64,000 bases of DNA, from the NCBI GenBank assembly GCA_030141605.1, contig JAQGDQ010000683.1, forward strand, positions 49,240-113,239, given 5' to 3'. Below the pieces are notes generated by a model, which saw only the letters and a list, made by a program, of their open reading frames with translations, had not been told where the DNA came from and ran no database searches. Numbering within the stretch: the first letter of the stretch is position 1; every line of letters begins with the position of its first letter. A program made the translations under genes and the position numbers. Below, piece by piece: positions 39,201-54,554 of the stretch. Origin of the DNA: Tubiluchus corallicola. Its lineage: Eukaryota; Animalia; Priapulida.

Positions 39201-42200
39201 CTTTATCAAGAACTTTTTGTTTTGTAAATGAACTACATATATAAAAACTATAGACCAACTGCTGTATTAAACATGTCTGAACCATAAAAAAAGTCAAGTC
39301 ATGATTCTAATAAATAAGCAAATATCACCCTTCTTGCTGGTGAAAAGAGCCACGTGTTTATTGTCAGTTTCAGTTTGTGACTATGTGCCAGTACATGGTG
39401 CATTCATTGTGATTACACAACGTAAGGTACAGCTTGCAAGCAATCAAAACATGATGACATTCACTCATATCAATGTCTGCAACTCAGCCGGACATGTAGC
39501 AGCCTTGTACAGCGGGCATCATTATTAAGTTTGGCAGTATAGCGAGGTTTAACTGGATAAACTTTGACTACTTTCATTACTAAATTATAGCATTTTGAAG
39601 AACTATGCTAACACAGGCTATAGGTCAGCCCTTGAGCATGACTTGAAATAAGGTGAAATATCAGCTATGGAAGACATGGTGTTGTCAAATGGTATGACAA
39701 TTATAGCGAGGTTTCACTCTATACACTTTGATTACTTTCATTACTAAATTATGCCATTTTGAATTTCTACGCTAACACGGGCTATAGGTACTTCCTTGAG
39801 TATGACTTGAAATAAGGTGAAATGTCAGCTATGGAAGACATGGTGCTGTAAAATGGTATGACAATTATAGAGAGGTTTGACTCTGTACACTTTGATTACT
39901 TTCATTACTAAATTACACAATTTTGAATTTCTACGCTAACATGGGCTATAGGCACTCCCTTGAGTATGACTTGAAATAAGGTGAAATGTCAGCTGTGGAA
40001 GACATGGTGCTGTAAAATGGTATGACTATTATGAAGTGGATGACAGCTCTATCATTTTCAACCTGTTTTCTCTTTCGTCACAGTCAATGAAAATCGGCTA
40101 GTTGCTGCAAACAACTAGTAGAAGCAATTATTGTTTTCTTAATTTAAAATCAAAAAACTGTTAGCGGGGAAAGCTTTTACGATTTGCATCATTGTATTGC
40201 ATGCTTACAGTCAAACATGCTTAGTTAGATAACAACATTTGCATCTCAGAAACACGATGTCAAGAAAGCGTTGTACTTAATATTAGCAGAACTATATGAA
40301 TAAATACTAAAAAGCCACGGAAAACATAGTTGCTTAATTTAGGCATATTTATTTATTAAACTCAGGAAAACAGTTAACAGACCTCTTGCTATCATCAGCG
40401 TGAAATTAAATTATGGAAAAAATAACTTTTAGCAGCATATCCCGTAGAATTTTAACATCCATTTCCGTATGAATCCAAAAGAAAAGTAAACAGCACTTAA
40501 AATTATACCACGTACCATGCTGCTAAATAAATTTGTTTTGTAAACAACACTTCAAGCAGGTCATTCCAGACTTAATTATTTCTTACTTGTGCTAAAACGT
40601 AACTACACAGTGTAAACTAAATCACAAATGAATTTGAAAATGTGCATTTATCACTTTGCAAAACATCATCTACAAAATCATTACAAATACTGTACTGTAG
40701 GCTACTAAACTTGTTGCTCATTAACCACCTATTTTGAGGAAATTCAACATTTGATTTGAGTCGTACAACATACATAAGCTACTTAGTTTGGTGATTAGAA
40801 ACAAAGGATTTTCCACTATATACACAATTGTTGCGTTATAACTTTACTTATAATCTCAAGTTCTCAACTTACTTTTCGAGTTTAACAATAGCAAAAAGTG
40901 AGTTCACAGTCGCCTTATCTAAAAAAATTAGAGTCGTGCCTGGGACCAAGCTATGCCAAAACCTAATCAAAGAAAACAAGAACGTCTGCAATACTTTGCA
41001 CAACAAAACGTAACGAAGATGTATGAAAAGTAAAAAATCCAAGTGACAATTCAGATCGCGTAATTATTAATTTAGGCGAAAACGTGATAGACGCTAAAAT
41101 TGCGCGAGTATAGCAAGACGGAAAATAACTAGTACTAGCAGTATTAGTAAAAACAACGGTTTCTAAAGTAATAATTAACTATTGTTTAACGCATAGCAAC
41201 TGTTTCATTGTCGTACCGACGCACCTGAATTTCGTTGTAAGCTGAATTTATTAACTATTAAATGAATTAACTAATTTCCCCACATTCTTTATTGTATCAA
41301 TTGAATCTGTTACTTTCACTTTGTTTCGGCTTTTGCTCCATGCTGCTTTCGTGTAATGATTACAAAAATGACGCACCAACTGAATCGCTGAGTTACATTC
41401 AGATCCGTTTTATTTCCTTGCTTGTGAATTCGAGGTGTCAGTTTTATCCCCACTAGAATATCAAAAATGTACCAAATAAATAATTTTAATAATAATTATT
41501 ATGCCTTCGTTACGTTTTGTACCTATTAAGATTAAGATTATCTGTGTTTAAGATTTATGCTTTACAAATTGCTGTTGAAAAATTAACATCATTTTTTCAA
41601 TCAAAACTACTGAATGCTAACTTAGAGGTTTTTCAGTTGCTCTATGTTCTTTAAATAACTAGTGGAACTCGTTTTATGCGCTATTGATACAGTTTTCTTT
41701 TAAAAGGACCAATTAAATAGCTGCATAAAATTCACTCACTAAATACAACAATTCGTTTAGCATCAGTAACGTTTACTAGTTATAACATGTTTACGTTACA
41801 ATTAATTAATTAATTATTAAGATTATTATAATTATATAATTATTAAGAACAAAATGTTCATAAATATTACCATTAACTATTTAAGTTGTTTCGATGACTT
41901 CGTGGAAATTGAGCGTGTAGTAATAAAATGAGCTTGCCAATAATTGTGACTTAAATGTCTTTTTGTTTTCTCAGAACAATCAGTAAGATCATCAAAAGAT
42001 GTGTGGTTTATAAACTTTTATTCTCCACATTGTTCTCATTGCCATCATCTTGCTCCTGCTGTAAGTATCACTGCTTTCACTGAATATTGTTCTCTTTAAA
42101 GGAAGACCGGACGATTGTTTAGACTCATTCTCTTTTTAATTTACTGTCCAAAATATACATTTTCTTGCCTATATAAGTTAACAATTGTTCCTTATATTTG

Positions 42201-45200
42201 AATAATTAGCTTAGAAAGTTAATTAACGGCAACCGAACACAGCTATTGCTTACATCAGAAACTAACCACAGTTTGTGCAATGGCAGTTGTCTTCTCTTGT
42301 GCGTCAAGCACATTTGCATAAGTGTTACAGTACTGTTTAAACGCATGATGTCACGAAAAATGGGCTTTACATCATATGACGTCATGAAACTAACTCAGCA
42401 GTTCATGATCATGGTTATCACGGTACCGCCTTCTATTTGTCGGCCACGCCAATATGACAAAAAGGCGCCGCTGCCAATTTTTGTAGATTCACTGAGCCGC
42501 GTGTAGCTTTGAAGGTTTAACGACATTTGAGTATCCGGGGTAATTATTATTTAATCTAAGCTTTGATTTAAAATAAGCTATTGTAGTTTTCAATATTTTA
42601 GAGCATTCTTTATTCTGAACTCGTGTTTACACAATCATCTGGTTTTCCTTTAAGATTTTTTTGCTTGTTCTAATTTTTATTTATAATTTATTCTATTTGT
42701 CTTATTGTTTTTAATATTTATACGTTGAGAGTTTGCATCTTGTTCTGTATTTGATGCATAATGCTGTCTGACTCTGTCAGTCTACGTGAGTGTGCTAGTC
42801 ATTAGTTATAATTATATGTGATGTTAATTTAATTGTCCCGGATTTTTCAGTGGAGAGAGATGGCCAGAGAACTGGAAGGTGTCATACGGATTGGTGCTGT
42901 AAATTGTGGAGATGACCGATGGTTTTGTGCTCAAAATGGAGTAAATGGTTATCCTACGTTAATTTTTTATCCACAGGTATGTTGATGGCAGCCAGACATA
43001 TGCAGTCAATTACAGTAGGCACTGCTTAATAGACTCAGCTGCTTAATTGACTCATAAATGCCTGGAATGGGCCGTTTCTAGTCTAATGTACATAAAAACT
43101 GTCGGTAATTGACTCATATAACTCTGCATAATTGACTCAATATTTTTGCTTCACACTAATAAGCTTTATGACTTTTATATCATCTTAGTTCACTTTTGTC
43201 CTATAATATACATAGAAACAATCATGTTAAGTACCGTTTTGTTTGTAAGCAGGAACGTTTATCATATGCTAATATGCTAGCCTAATGGGATCCTTTGACC
43301 CGCTCGTCTACTGCAATTAACCTCGTTACCTAAAAATTCCTGGAAGCTGAACATTTAATCACTTGCTTAGCGGTTTACTTTTGAAGCTCTGACTGTCTTT
43401 ACCAGAAAGTTTAATCAGTTAGATGTTGCTGTTATGCCAGTGATGCAAGTAACAGTACAGTAAGTACGTCACAATTATAGCAAGCGGGATCTTAGACGAA
43501 ACTACAGACGATGTTACTTGCAGGAAAACACGGGCACCACAAACAGTTTAAGCACGCCAAGTACTAAGTATTTTACGAGAATTTGTGCATCACACAACAA
43601 CAGATTTTCAACGTTTTTGTCATTTTAAGAACTTTGTGAGCCAACTTTTTTGCGTCGAAATGAAGCAACTGACTTTGAGCGAATTTTTGTATTTTTTTTC
43701 AAATAAATTTTAGGACGAGTTAATTAGATGTTCTATTTTTGGCAATTTTCGCTTGGAAAACTGCTGACGCAAAGCCATTGTTCTGACGTCATCCATTATA
43801 CTCTGCCTATAACCTTATAACTTTAATTCAGTAAAAGCTGCTGCTGCTGACTTTGCGTTAGGCAAGTAAACGAACACTAGGTAGGATGTTCGCGTGTTTT
43901 TGATTATAAGTGGATTTATACGCAAAATTTTTTGCGGGACCTTTGCTAGTTTTAAAATATAGTTTTTTTAATTTTTAACTGCACAAAGGAATTTGTGCAT
44001 TATTTCATTTCTAAAATTGATTAAACACCTTTGCAGTGCTTAATATGCTGATGACTCATACTTCTATACCAGTAATACTACACCTATTGGTTAATAGGTT
44101 CAGTCGGTTAATTGGGTCAAAACACTTCCGTCCCAAAGTGAGTCTATTAAGCGGCGTCTTCTGTATTGCCTTAACTTGGAGCTATATTATGAGAGACTGC
44201 TGCTGTTGCTGCTACTATTACTACTACCACAAATGCTACCGCTAACGCTACTAATACTTTTACCACTACTACTACCACTACCACTTCCACTACCACTTCC
44301 ACTACCACTTCCACTACCACTACCACTACCACTTCCACTACCACTACCACTACCACTACCACTACCACTACCACTACCACTTCCACTACCACTACCACTA
44401 CTGTTTTATTATCAGTGTTATTATTATTCTTGTGGTATTGGAGCAATGATGGTGGTGACAACAGTGGTGGTTGATGGTGACAGCGGTAGTGACAGAGGAG
44501 GCAGTGGTAGCAACGATAGTGTTTAATCCTGCTGCAAATGTAATTGTCATTTTCTGTATTGTTTTGTTTGACATTTTGGCTTTGGGTTTCAAACCATTTC
44601 TAAACTTGCTTAGCTAATGTGCTGATTTCGTTTTTTCAGAGAGAAAAATATAATGGCGATCGATCTGTGAAAGACCTAACTACTCAAGCCCTGAAAAGAG
44701 TAAAAACCAAACCAATAGAACTATGGCAGGGAAATTTTGACGAAGAAACCTCGTATGAGAAGAACGGCCATCTTCCCTGGCTGATCACATTTTGCAGTGA
44801 TGATGGCGACTGTTTGTCAAAAAAATCTCTCTTGAAATTGGCTGCCATATTTGTGAGTTGATACTTTAATTATATGACATGATTTGAAATAAGTCTTAGG
44901 TGTGTTCAAGCAACATTTTCGTTGGTTAGGAGGGCTTGCATATGTAACCATACTCACTACACATATTAACTCATTCAGGACTGTATCACTCAAAGTAGGT
45001 CTTATAAGACCCATGAATTTTCTACTACTGTGTCAGCACAGACAACTAAATAATTACAAATTACAAGTTACTGTTTTATTCTGGAGAATCTCTGCTATCA
45101 ATTATGCTATTTGTTCAAGCTTGATATAATTGGATAAAATTAAGAAAAACGCGCTCTTTTCAGGCACTCCAACTTAACCTATTGAGTAGCTTAGTCTGGT

Positions 45201-48200
45201 GTACACTTGCGCGATCGTACACACTATTTTATTGATCGCCTGCTTGCTGCAGTCCAAGAGAGTCATCTGCTGTACAGAGGAAAAACCAACCGATCAGCCA
45301 GGCACAAATTATGGTCGTCTTATATTTTAATAGAGATTCCTCCTTAAAAATAGGGTGGACTTGAGGCCAAAGTTTATCAGAGTGTTGTGTCTGGACAGTT
45401 GAAATTTTCTACATTAGCTGATTTCACACAAGTGATACTGTACTTTGTTACAGTGCAAACACTGCAGTTACAGAAAGTTTTTCAATTTTTTAATTTAAAA
45501 TTGATTTTTAATTTGTCTAAGGTAAGCAAATGTATGTCTTATATAATTTTGCATGAAAGTCCATTGTGTGAGGAGTAGAAACCTAGAAAAATTATCAATT
45601 ACAATATAATCATTGCTTAGTGAGAACAGTTTTCTTGAACCCAGACAAAATGCAGCAGACGCTTGTGGAGCTGATGTAGCTACATTGCTGTACTCATAGC
45701 TGTAGCATTCCTAATTAAGATGACAATTAAGCAGTTTATATGATCTTGATTTTTCAAGGGCAGCTAATAGATCAGGGGTGTGCAAATTGCGGCCCGCGGG
45801 CCACTTGCGGCCCGCCGAGAGAATTTGTGCGGCCCGTGAAGAGATTTGTCAACCTAATGAAAGTGCGGCCCGGGCGATTAATTGAGTGTATCCAGCTGAA
45901 GTCCGTGCCACGATTCCAAAGATAGTGCGGGTAGTTTTTTCTACTAGATCGGATGCCATTAACCCTTACAAGACGGTTGTAGCTTAATGTCACTGTACTA
46001 CACAGACTGTGTGATACACATTACTAATATGCATTGTAATGAAATTACCACTATCTGTCCTGAAAGTAGAAATATATGGTTTGTAATATAAATTTTAATA
46101 ACTTCTAAAATAGTTTCTTGAGTGTAGTAGTAATGATGTACGCAGGTCGGATGCAAAAAAAATCGTTATTAGGCCTTTCTGTACTTGGCTTCTTGACCAA
46201 ACTGCCTGTGGCCCGCAGGAATTGCGGGAAAGTTTAATGTGGCCCGGCTAGTCAGATAATATGCACACCCCTGTTATAGATAGTAGCTAATGTTTATATT
46301 TACTGTGTAAACATTATTCATTGTTTGAATTTAATATTTTTCTCTAAATTTTAGAATGAGCTTGTTGCCGTAGCCGTTGTTGACTGTGATGCTCAAGCTA
46401 AATTGTGTGATAAATTGGGGCAGCGGACAAACTCTGCTTTCTATCCCGCACGCAATCTTGCCAAAAAGCATTTGATGGTAAAAATTTTCTCTTGGTTTAT
46501 TGATGCCAAATTCAGTCAATTGTCAAATTCTTTAAACGGATGTAATGTGTCTAATATGCAATATGCTTGATGCGAGGTGCAAAATGAAAGATACTTGTCC
46601 ACTTTGCTTGTCCACATTGTCTCCAGGAAAATGCATGTGCTACATCGCACGACGAGAAGTTACTGAGTTTGCTTCCATATCAAAGCCATATAAAAAAAAC
46701 AAGTATATTTATTACATAAAAGGTACTACACCACAAGCAGTTGTGCAGCCTGCTTAAGATATAACTGCAATGTGAAGATATATAATTTACAATAACCTCG
46801 TTGCTATTAGGCAATAATGCTACAAACACATTAACACGTCACAATAATTGCGTGTTGTACATCATATTTAATCAACCATTAATCTACAATAGAGAGGGGC
46901 AGGACTCCAGTGTCAGCCCGCGGGTGTCGTAGTGTCTTGATACACCCTTGGTAACCGCATGTGTCTGTCTGTTAGTCAGTGAGTGGGTTTATACTATGAT
47001 ATTCAGGTTTCATTTCGTATTTACAGGAAATAACTACTTTAGATGTTAAAGAAATTGTAACTGAAGTTTTAGATGTTCTACCCGATGTAAACACTCTTAC
47101 TGACGCTCAGTTAAAGGTATTATGTTTCTATAATTGTAGTTTTACATATGAATTTGTAGTTTTATTCTACCATGCAACATTCCTGTTTATATTCTTGATC
47201 AATTAAATGGGCCTTTTCTCAGTTTTGTTGTGCGCATGCGCAGTTGCTGTAGGTCAAAGGTTAAGTGTACCACAGCAACGCATCTTGAATATAACTGTCA
47301 CATCATATATGTGTAAAGCAAAGCCGCCCTCCATGTCTGTTCAGTACCTATAGTTGTTTTACGTGGACTTTACTCAATTATGCATTAGTCTGTACATAGA
47401 GTGATTTACTAGCAGGATCTTGCTTGGGAACAAGAAAAAATGTACTAGGTAAAGTTCTAGCTAGCTGTTAAAACTGTTACTATTACAACAGCATGGGCTG
47501 TGAGGCATTGTCAAGTGTACTCAAATGTATTGTCTGGTACACTTAACCTTTGACCTTTTCACGATCATCATCAACTGTAAAAAGGCTTGTTTATAAATTA
47601 TGTTAAACAGCTGTCACTACTTCAGACGAATTTTAGATTATACTCACTCGCATTCAAACTAGTGAGTTTTCTCACCAAGTAAATTTGCCAAGTAACTCAC
47701 AAGCATGATCAAACTAGAGAGCAAAATTTGCTGCGAGTTAGTTACTCTCTGACAGTGTGTGTGAACTAACACTCGCTTCTCTATTTAACTGTGAGAAGTG
47801 TAGAGAGTAACTCGCCAAGTAACTCACAAGCATGATCAAACTAGAGAGCAAAATTTGCAGCGAGTTACTCTCTGACAGTATGCGTGAACTAACACTCGCT
47901 TCTCTATTTAACTGTGAGAAGTGTAGAGAGTAACTCGCCAAGTAACTCACAAGCATGATCAAACTAGAGAGCAAAATTTGCAGCGAGTTACTCTCTGACA
48001 GTATGCGTGAACTAATACTCGCTTCTCTATTTTAACTGTGAGAAGTATGGAGAGTAACTCGCCAAGTAACTCACAAGCATGATCAAACTAGAGAGCAAAA
48101 TTTGCAGCGAGTTACTCTCTGACAGTATGTATGAACTGACACTAGCTTCTCTATTTTAACTGTGAGAAGTGTGGAGAGTAAGTCGCTGTGGTGTTCACAC

Positions 48201-51200
48201 TAGACAGCAACTGTCAGAAAGTTTGCAATTTCTTACCAACAGTAAGTTACGAAACCATTAACACTTATTGTTTGGCTGTCAGAGAGTACAGTCATAACAA
48301 AAAACCCATAAGATTCTCCATTTTTTACAGAATTTTTTCATCTCATTCCATTGTTGCTTTACAGGAACTTAGAAGCCAAATACCACAGTTTAGTGTGAGA
48401 GTAGTTGAGTTTTTTAATTTTCAAAAAACATCACTGGAGCTCAGAAAGCTTTCGGGATTGTATAAAACATCTTCCATAGTAAGTAATGCTAACTTATTTA
48501 TGTAATTCGTGTTTAATTATCCCCCGGAACATATTAGGTTCCTCTTTTCTTCATTTCTTCATGTATTTAATAAACAAATACAGTAAACACATGCATCAGA
48601 TTCACGGTTAATAGAACCAATCGCTAAATTGATACATTTTCAAATGTATAAAAAAACTATCAATGACTCCTTATAATGGACTCAATATTTTTGTTTTGTG
48701 TATTTAAAATATGATACTTGTGTCTGTTCAGGGAGCTTTTATGTTATGTTTACTTCACTTTTGTGCACTATAATATATAATGTAATGTAATGTAATGTAA
48801 TGTAATGTAATGTAATGTAATGTAATGTAATGTAATGTAATGTAATGTAATGTAATGTAATGTAATGTAATACAATACAATACAATACAATACAATACAA
48901 TACAATACAATACAATACAATACAATACAATACAATACAATACAATACAATACAATACAATACAATACAATACAATACAATACAATACAATACAATACAA
49001 TACAATACAATACAATACAATACAATACAATACAATACAATACAATACAGTATAATATAAGTAGAAACAATCTTGTTAAGTACCGTTTGTTTATCATGCA
49101 CTAATACGCTAGCAAATTGTTTTTGCTTTAAATCTGTCAGCCATCTGTCAACTGTAATTGACCTTGTTGCCAAAAAATTTATGGAAGCTAAACTTTTAAT
49201 CTCACGCCTAGCGAGATTTCCTTTTGAGCTTGCTGCTTTTCACAGAATGTTTCGTAGTTAACTGTGCTGTTGTATCACCAATGCAATGGCAGTAATACAA
49301 GCTAAAACACCCGTAGAGCAACTATGTTGCCGTAGAGCAACTGTTGCTGTTGTATCACCAATGCAATGGCAGTAATACAAGCATAAAACACTGTAGAGCA
49401 ACTATGTTGCCATAGAGTAACTGTTGCTGTTGTATCACCAATGCAATGGCAGTAATACAAGCTAAAACACCGTAGAGCAACTATGTTGCCGTAGAGCAAC
49501 TGTTGCTGTTGTACCACCAATGCAATGGCAGTAATACAAGCTAAAACACCGTAGAGCAACTATGTTGCCGTAGAGCAACTGTTGCTGTTGCATCACCAAT
49601 GCAATGGCAGTAATACAAGCTAAAACACCGTAGAGCAACTATGTTGCCGTAGAGCAACTGTTGCTGTTGTGCCACCAATGTAATGACAGTAATACAAGCT
49701 AAAACACCGTAGAGCAACTATGTTGCCGTAGAGCAACTGTTGCTGTTGCATCACCAATGCAATGGCAGTAATACAAGCTAAAACACCGTAGAGCAACTAT
49801 GTTGCCGTAGAGCAACTGTTGCTGTTGCACCACCAATGCAATGGCAGTAATACAAGCTAAAACACTGTAGAGCAACTATGTTGCCGTAGAGCAACTGTTG
49901 CTGTTGCACCACCAATGCAATGGTAGTAATACAAGCTAAAACACTGTAGAGCAACTGTTGCTGTTGCACCACCAATGCAATGGCATCAATACAAGCTAAA
50001 ACACCGTAGAGCAACTATGTTGCCGTAGAGCAACTGTTGCTGTTGTATCACCAATGCAATGATAGTAATACAAGCTAAAACACCGTAGAGCAACTATGTT
50101 GCCATAGAGCAACTATGTTGCCGTAGAGCAACTGTTGCTGTTGTACCACCAATGCAATGGCAGTAATACAAGCATAAAACATGGGATCAAAACACTTCCA
50201 TCCTAAAGCAAATTTATTAAGTAGCTCCTACAGTAGTTGCTTTGCATACTTTGGAGTCAGTTAACCGATTTTGTTTGATGACTAGCCTGTAAGGAACCAT
50301 GTAATACTTATAAATATTGAGCTTTGCTCTTATTTTGTTTTTGTGTTACTAGTACAACATCTTTGTTGTTGTTGGCATCCTTCTGTCTCGGAAGACAATG
50401 GAGTGTGCGCCAAGAGAATCAGTTATTGATCACATTGATGGAGCTGCAGCGTCGACTGTGGCTGAGCAGTGCGATCCTTGAACGTCTCCAGGGCGCACAC
50501 CTGGACAAGGTGTATGGAGATCCTGAGTTGCCCAGACAACAGGAACCACCTCTCTTCCTCGCTGGTGTAGTTCAAAGGAAAGCGGAGCGATACGTTTGGC
50601 ACCAGGTTGGCTGCAGGAGCTGCCGGAGTCAGTGAGCATGCTGCACTGGTCCGCCTTCGGGGCTCCACTCCTGATTTGGAAAGTTTACTCCTCTACACAT
50701 GGCCGGGGTCACTTGAATTCCTCTGCCTTCTAGCCGTTGGCTGCTTGTGCAGCTCCTCCATCTAGTGTCGAGATACAGTGTGGGCATCCCACAAACCTAC
50801 AGCACCTGGTATTCCTAGGCGGTCACCCATCCAAGTACTAACCAGGCTCTATGTTGCTTAACTTCAGTGATCAGACGAGAACCGGTGTTTTCAACGTGAT
50901 TTGGCCATAGTACAACATCTAACATTAAAATTTAATGGTTACTTTTGTGAATATGTAATTTTTGCTTGGTTTTTATTTACGTAGGTGAATCGATTCAACT
51001 GCACTAAATTTCAGCACGTTTGTGACACCCTGCACATCAAGAAGTTGCCCACAATTGCAGTGTTTAAGAAGGGTGGTGGCTTTGACATACATCACGGTAA
51101 TTACATTGTATTGCATGGGTCTATTAATTCACTCTTCAACTGACTGGGTATTGAAGTTTTCCACAGCTGTTTCAGTTTGTTTAAAAATTCAGTAAGTTCT

Positions 51201-52554
51201 CGCTTAACCACTCCCTGTTTAGCAACATTTCGTTTTAACGACTCTAAACATTTGACACCGTTTTCTAATGTAACAACGCACATTTCATTTTAACGACGAT
51301 TTTTTTCTTTGCTCACACCCATTTTTTATTTTATCGACGATATTTTTACCTAATTTGAAGCATTAAAATGGTACTTATTGCGTTATTCTGTTGTAAAATG
51401 CACTAGTAACATAAGACTGTGCAATTATTAATCATATTATCGCTTCCCGACTAACTACTAGCCACTTGTTTAAAGCGAAATCTATTTGCGGGCACCTGGG
51501 AGATACTTTGTGTAAAGAACCTGTTGCTATAGAAACCAGTATCTAAGGAACCTGTTACTATAGAAACCAGTATCTAAGGAACCTGTTACTATAGAAACCA
51601 GTATCTAAGGAACCTGTTACTATAGAAACCAGTATCTAAGGAACCGGTTACTATAGAAACCAGTATCTAAGGAACCTGTCACTATAGAAACCGTATCTAA
51701 GGAACCTGTTCTATAGAAACCAGATCTATTTTTGTTTGGTGTTTGCAGTATCTAAGGAACCTGTTACTATAGAAACCAGTATCTAAGGAACCGGTTACTA
51801 TAGAAACCAGTATCTAAGGAACCTGTCACTATAGAAACCAGTATCTAAGGAACCTGTTACTATAGAAACCAGCATCTAGACGAAATTGTTTCAAGGCCTT
51901 CCCAAGGTTTGACTTTTACTATGCAGTGTTCAAAACCGCTAACTGCATAGCTAGAGCTTCAACATTAATACTAGCTAGATACTGGTAAGAAAAATAGGTA
52001 GTTTCAAGCAAGCAGAAAAAAATAGCTCAGTAGAAATATGAATGAAACTCATATTACTCAAAATACGAATATAACGTTTTAATTTATATAAATTAAGTAG
52101 CATTGATTTTTGCTTTTGGAACATATCTCAGTTACCTTCTATGGAAGTCTTGGTTTTGTTTAACGACCATTTTGCTGAAACACATTAGCTTTGTTAAATG
52201 AGGACTTACTTTGTTTTTGTAATTAAACAAATTTGAATGATTGTGGAGAAATTTGACTGTCGATAGCGATGCCACTTTCTGGTTGTTGTGTTATTATATA
52301 AACTTGCAGTATGCAGTTAATATAACATAGTATTGCGTATAGTCTGTACTAGTTTGTTATATGTACTGACAGTGGTATAGCTATACTTTACTCTAGTCTA
52401 TGCGTTTTGCACTTGATGGTTCCATCATCGTCACCATCACACCGTCATCGTCGTCTTCATCATCACATCATCATCATCATTGCCATCACCATCATCATCA
52501 TTATCATCATCATCAGTATCATCATCATCATCATCATCATCACATCATCATCAC

Positions 52555-52587
<33 letters not shown>

Positions 52588-54010
52588 AATCATCATCTTC
52601 ATAATCATCATCATCATCGTCATCACACTGGCGTCATCATCATCGTCGTCATCATCACACTGGTGTCATCATCATCATCTGCATCATCATCATCGTCGTC
52701 ATCACACTGGTGTCATCATCATTATCATCATCATCTGCATCATCATCACCATCACCATCATCATCATCATTATCGTCACCATCACCATCATCACATCATC
52801 ATCGTCACCATCACCATCATCACATCATCATCATCATCATCATCATCATGAAATATCTTATGCTGGCTAATACTGAATTTTATGCCAAGCAGTAAATAAG
52901 TTTATTTATTAACTAACTACCTGCCGTTGATTTTTCACAGGTAAACCTACAGCACATGAAATTTCAGCTTTTGTTAGTGAAAGCAAGAAAAGCAACGTGC
53001 AAGTTCTGGGTCCGGATGATTTTCCCGACCGGGTCATTAATTCTGGAGACACGTGGATTATAGACTTCTTTACTCCTGTGAGTGTACAGATGTTTTAAAT
53101 TAGGTTAATGTAACTTGTGTGCCTGTAAAACTGATAATGTGGAGGTTCTGGGTCCGGATGATTTTCCCGACTGGGTCATTAATTCTGGAGACACGTGGAT
53201 TATAAACTTTTTTACCCCTGTGAGTGTACAGATGTTTTAAATTAGGTTAATGTAACTTGTGTGCCTGTAAAACTGATACACAAAGATAATATAAATACAA
53301 TAAAAGAAAGACAAAGTGTACAATTAGTATTTACAATTAGACAAGTGTATTAATTAATAAAAAAACATTTTGAATAAAGTGGAAGTTAAGTTATTGAATT
53401 TTATTTCAAATTGTCCTTGTATTGTCTGCATAATATCTTATAGATTGGTAAATAATGAACTTACAATAATAATAGTTTCGTTTAGTATGTAATCCTGGGA
53501 TAATAATACCTTATGTAACTCAATACTTATTTCTAAGGTGGTTTCCTAATTAACTGTTTTTATTTATTAATTAATTATTGTTTGATAAACCTGAGTGCTT
53601 GGTAAAAAAACAGCATTGCCATTGTCTTTGATATTACTCAGTCGCGAGTTGAACCTGTGACCTTCCTGGTGGGAAGTGTGCATGCTATCATTGAGTTATA
53701 CTCTCAGTCTAACTTCTTGGGTTTGTTTTTATGCAGTTTGTCACCACGCAAAGTGGTACTCCGCACCTAACCTGGTACCTTCCTAATACTGTTGACAGTA
53801 TTGCAGAACCAAAATTTACAACAAGCTCTTGCGAACGTAAAGCAGTTAGTGTCTGCTTGTAAGCAAAAAGTTCTTGGTTCGAATCCTGGTTGATTCACAA
53901 TTCTTGCCTTCCTCTTTCAGTTAAATAGCCATTATGTTAATTGTTGATTTGATATAAACTGCTAGGTGTATTAATGGTGTCTTAAATGTCTGGTTTTTAT
54001 CATTGAGCTA

Positions 54011-54049
<39 letters not shown>

Positions 54050-54187
54050 CTAATGCTGTTGATGATAGCGCTAATGATGACGATGATGGCGCTAATGATG
54101 ATGGTGATGATGATGATGATGATGATGATGATACTGACGCTAATGCTGCTGCTGCTGCTGCTGCTGATGATGACAATGATGGCGCTA

Positions 54188-54261
<74 letters not shown>

Positions 54262-54522
54262 ACTGATGCTGCTGCTGCTGCTGATGATGATGATGCTAAT
54301 GCTGATCATGATACTGATGCTAATGCTGATGATGGTGATGATGATGATGATGCTAATGCTGATGATGATGATGGCGCTAATGATGATGATGATGATGATG
54401 ATGATGCTAATGCTGATGATGATGATGGCGCTAATGATGATGATGATGATGATGATGCTAATGCTGATGATGATGATGCTAATGCTGATGATGATGATGC
54501 TAATGCTGATGATGATGATGGC

Positions 54523-54554
<32 letters not shown>

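Noticed and set aside
44171-44526. Poly-V and LP-repeat ORFs
   Set aside because: Hexanucleotide microsatellite.
48739-50014. YCIVL/YITLH and ACITAIAL repeat ORFs
   Set aside because: Pentanucleotide microsatellite and 79-bp minisatellite.
50793-50910. Functional 5S rRNA gene
   Set aside because: Single copy, slightly 5'-clipped, CpG-decayed, lacks a T4 terminator, fused to RTE sequence and bounded by a TSD.
52400-54526. Poly-H/I/S/M ORFs
   Set aside because: (CAT)n and (ATG)n microsatellites.
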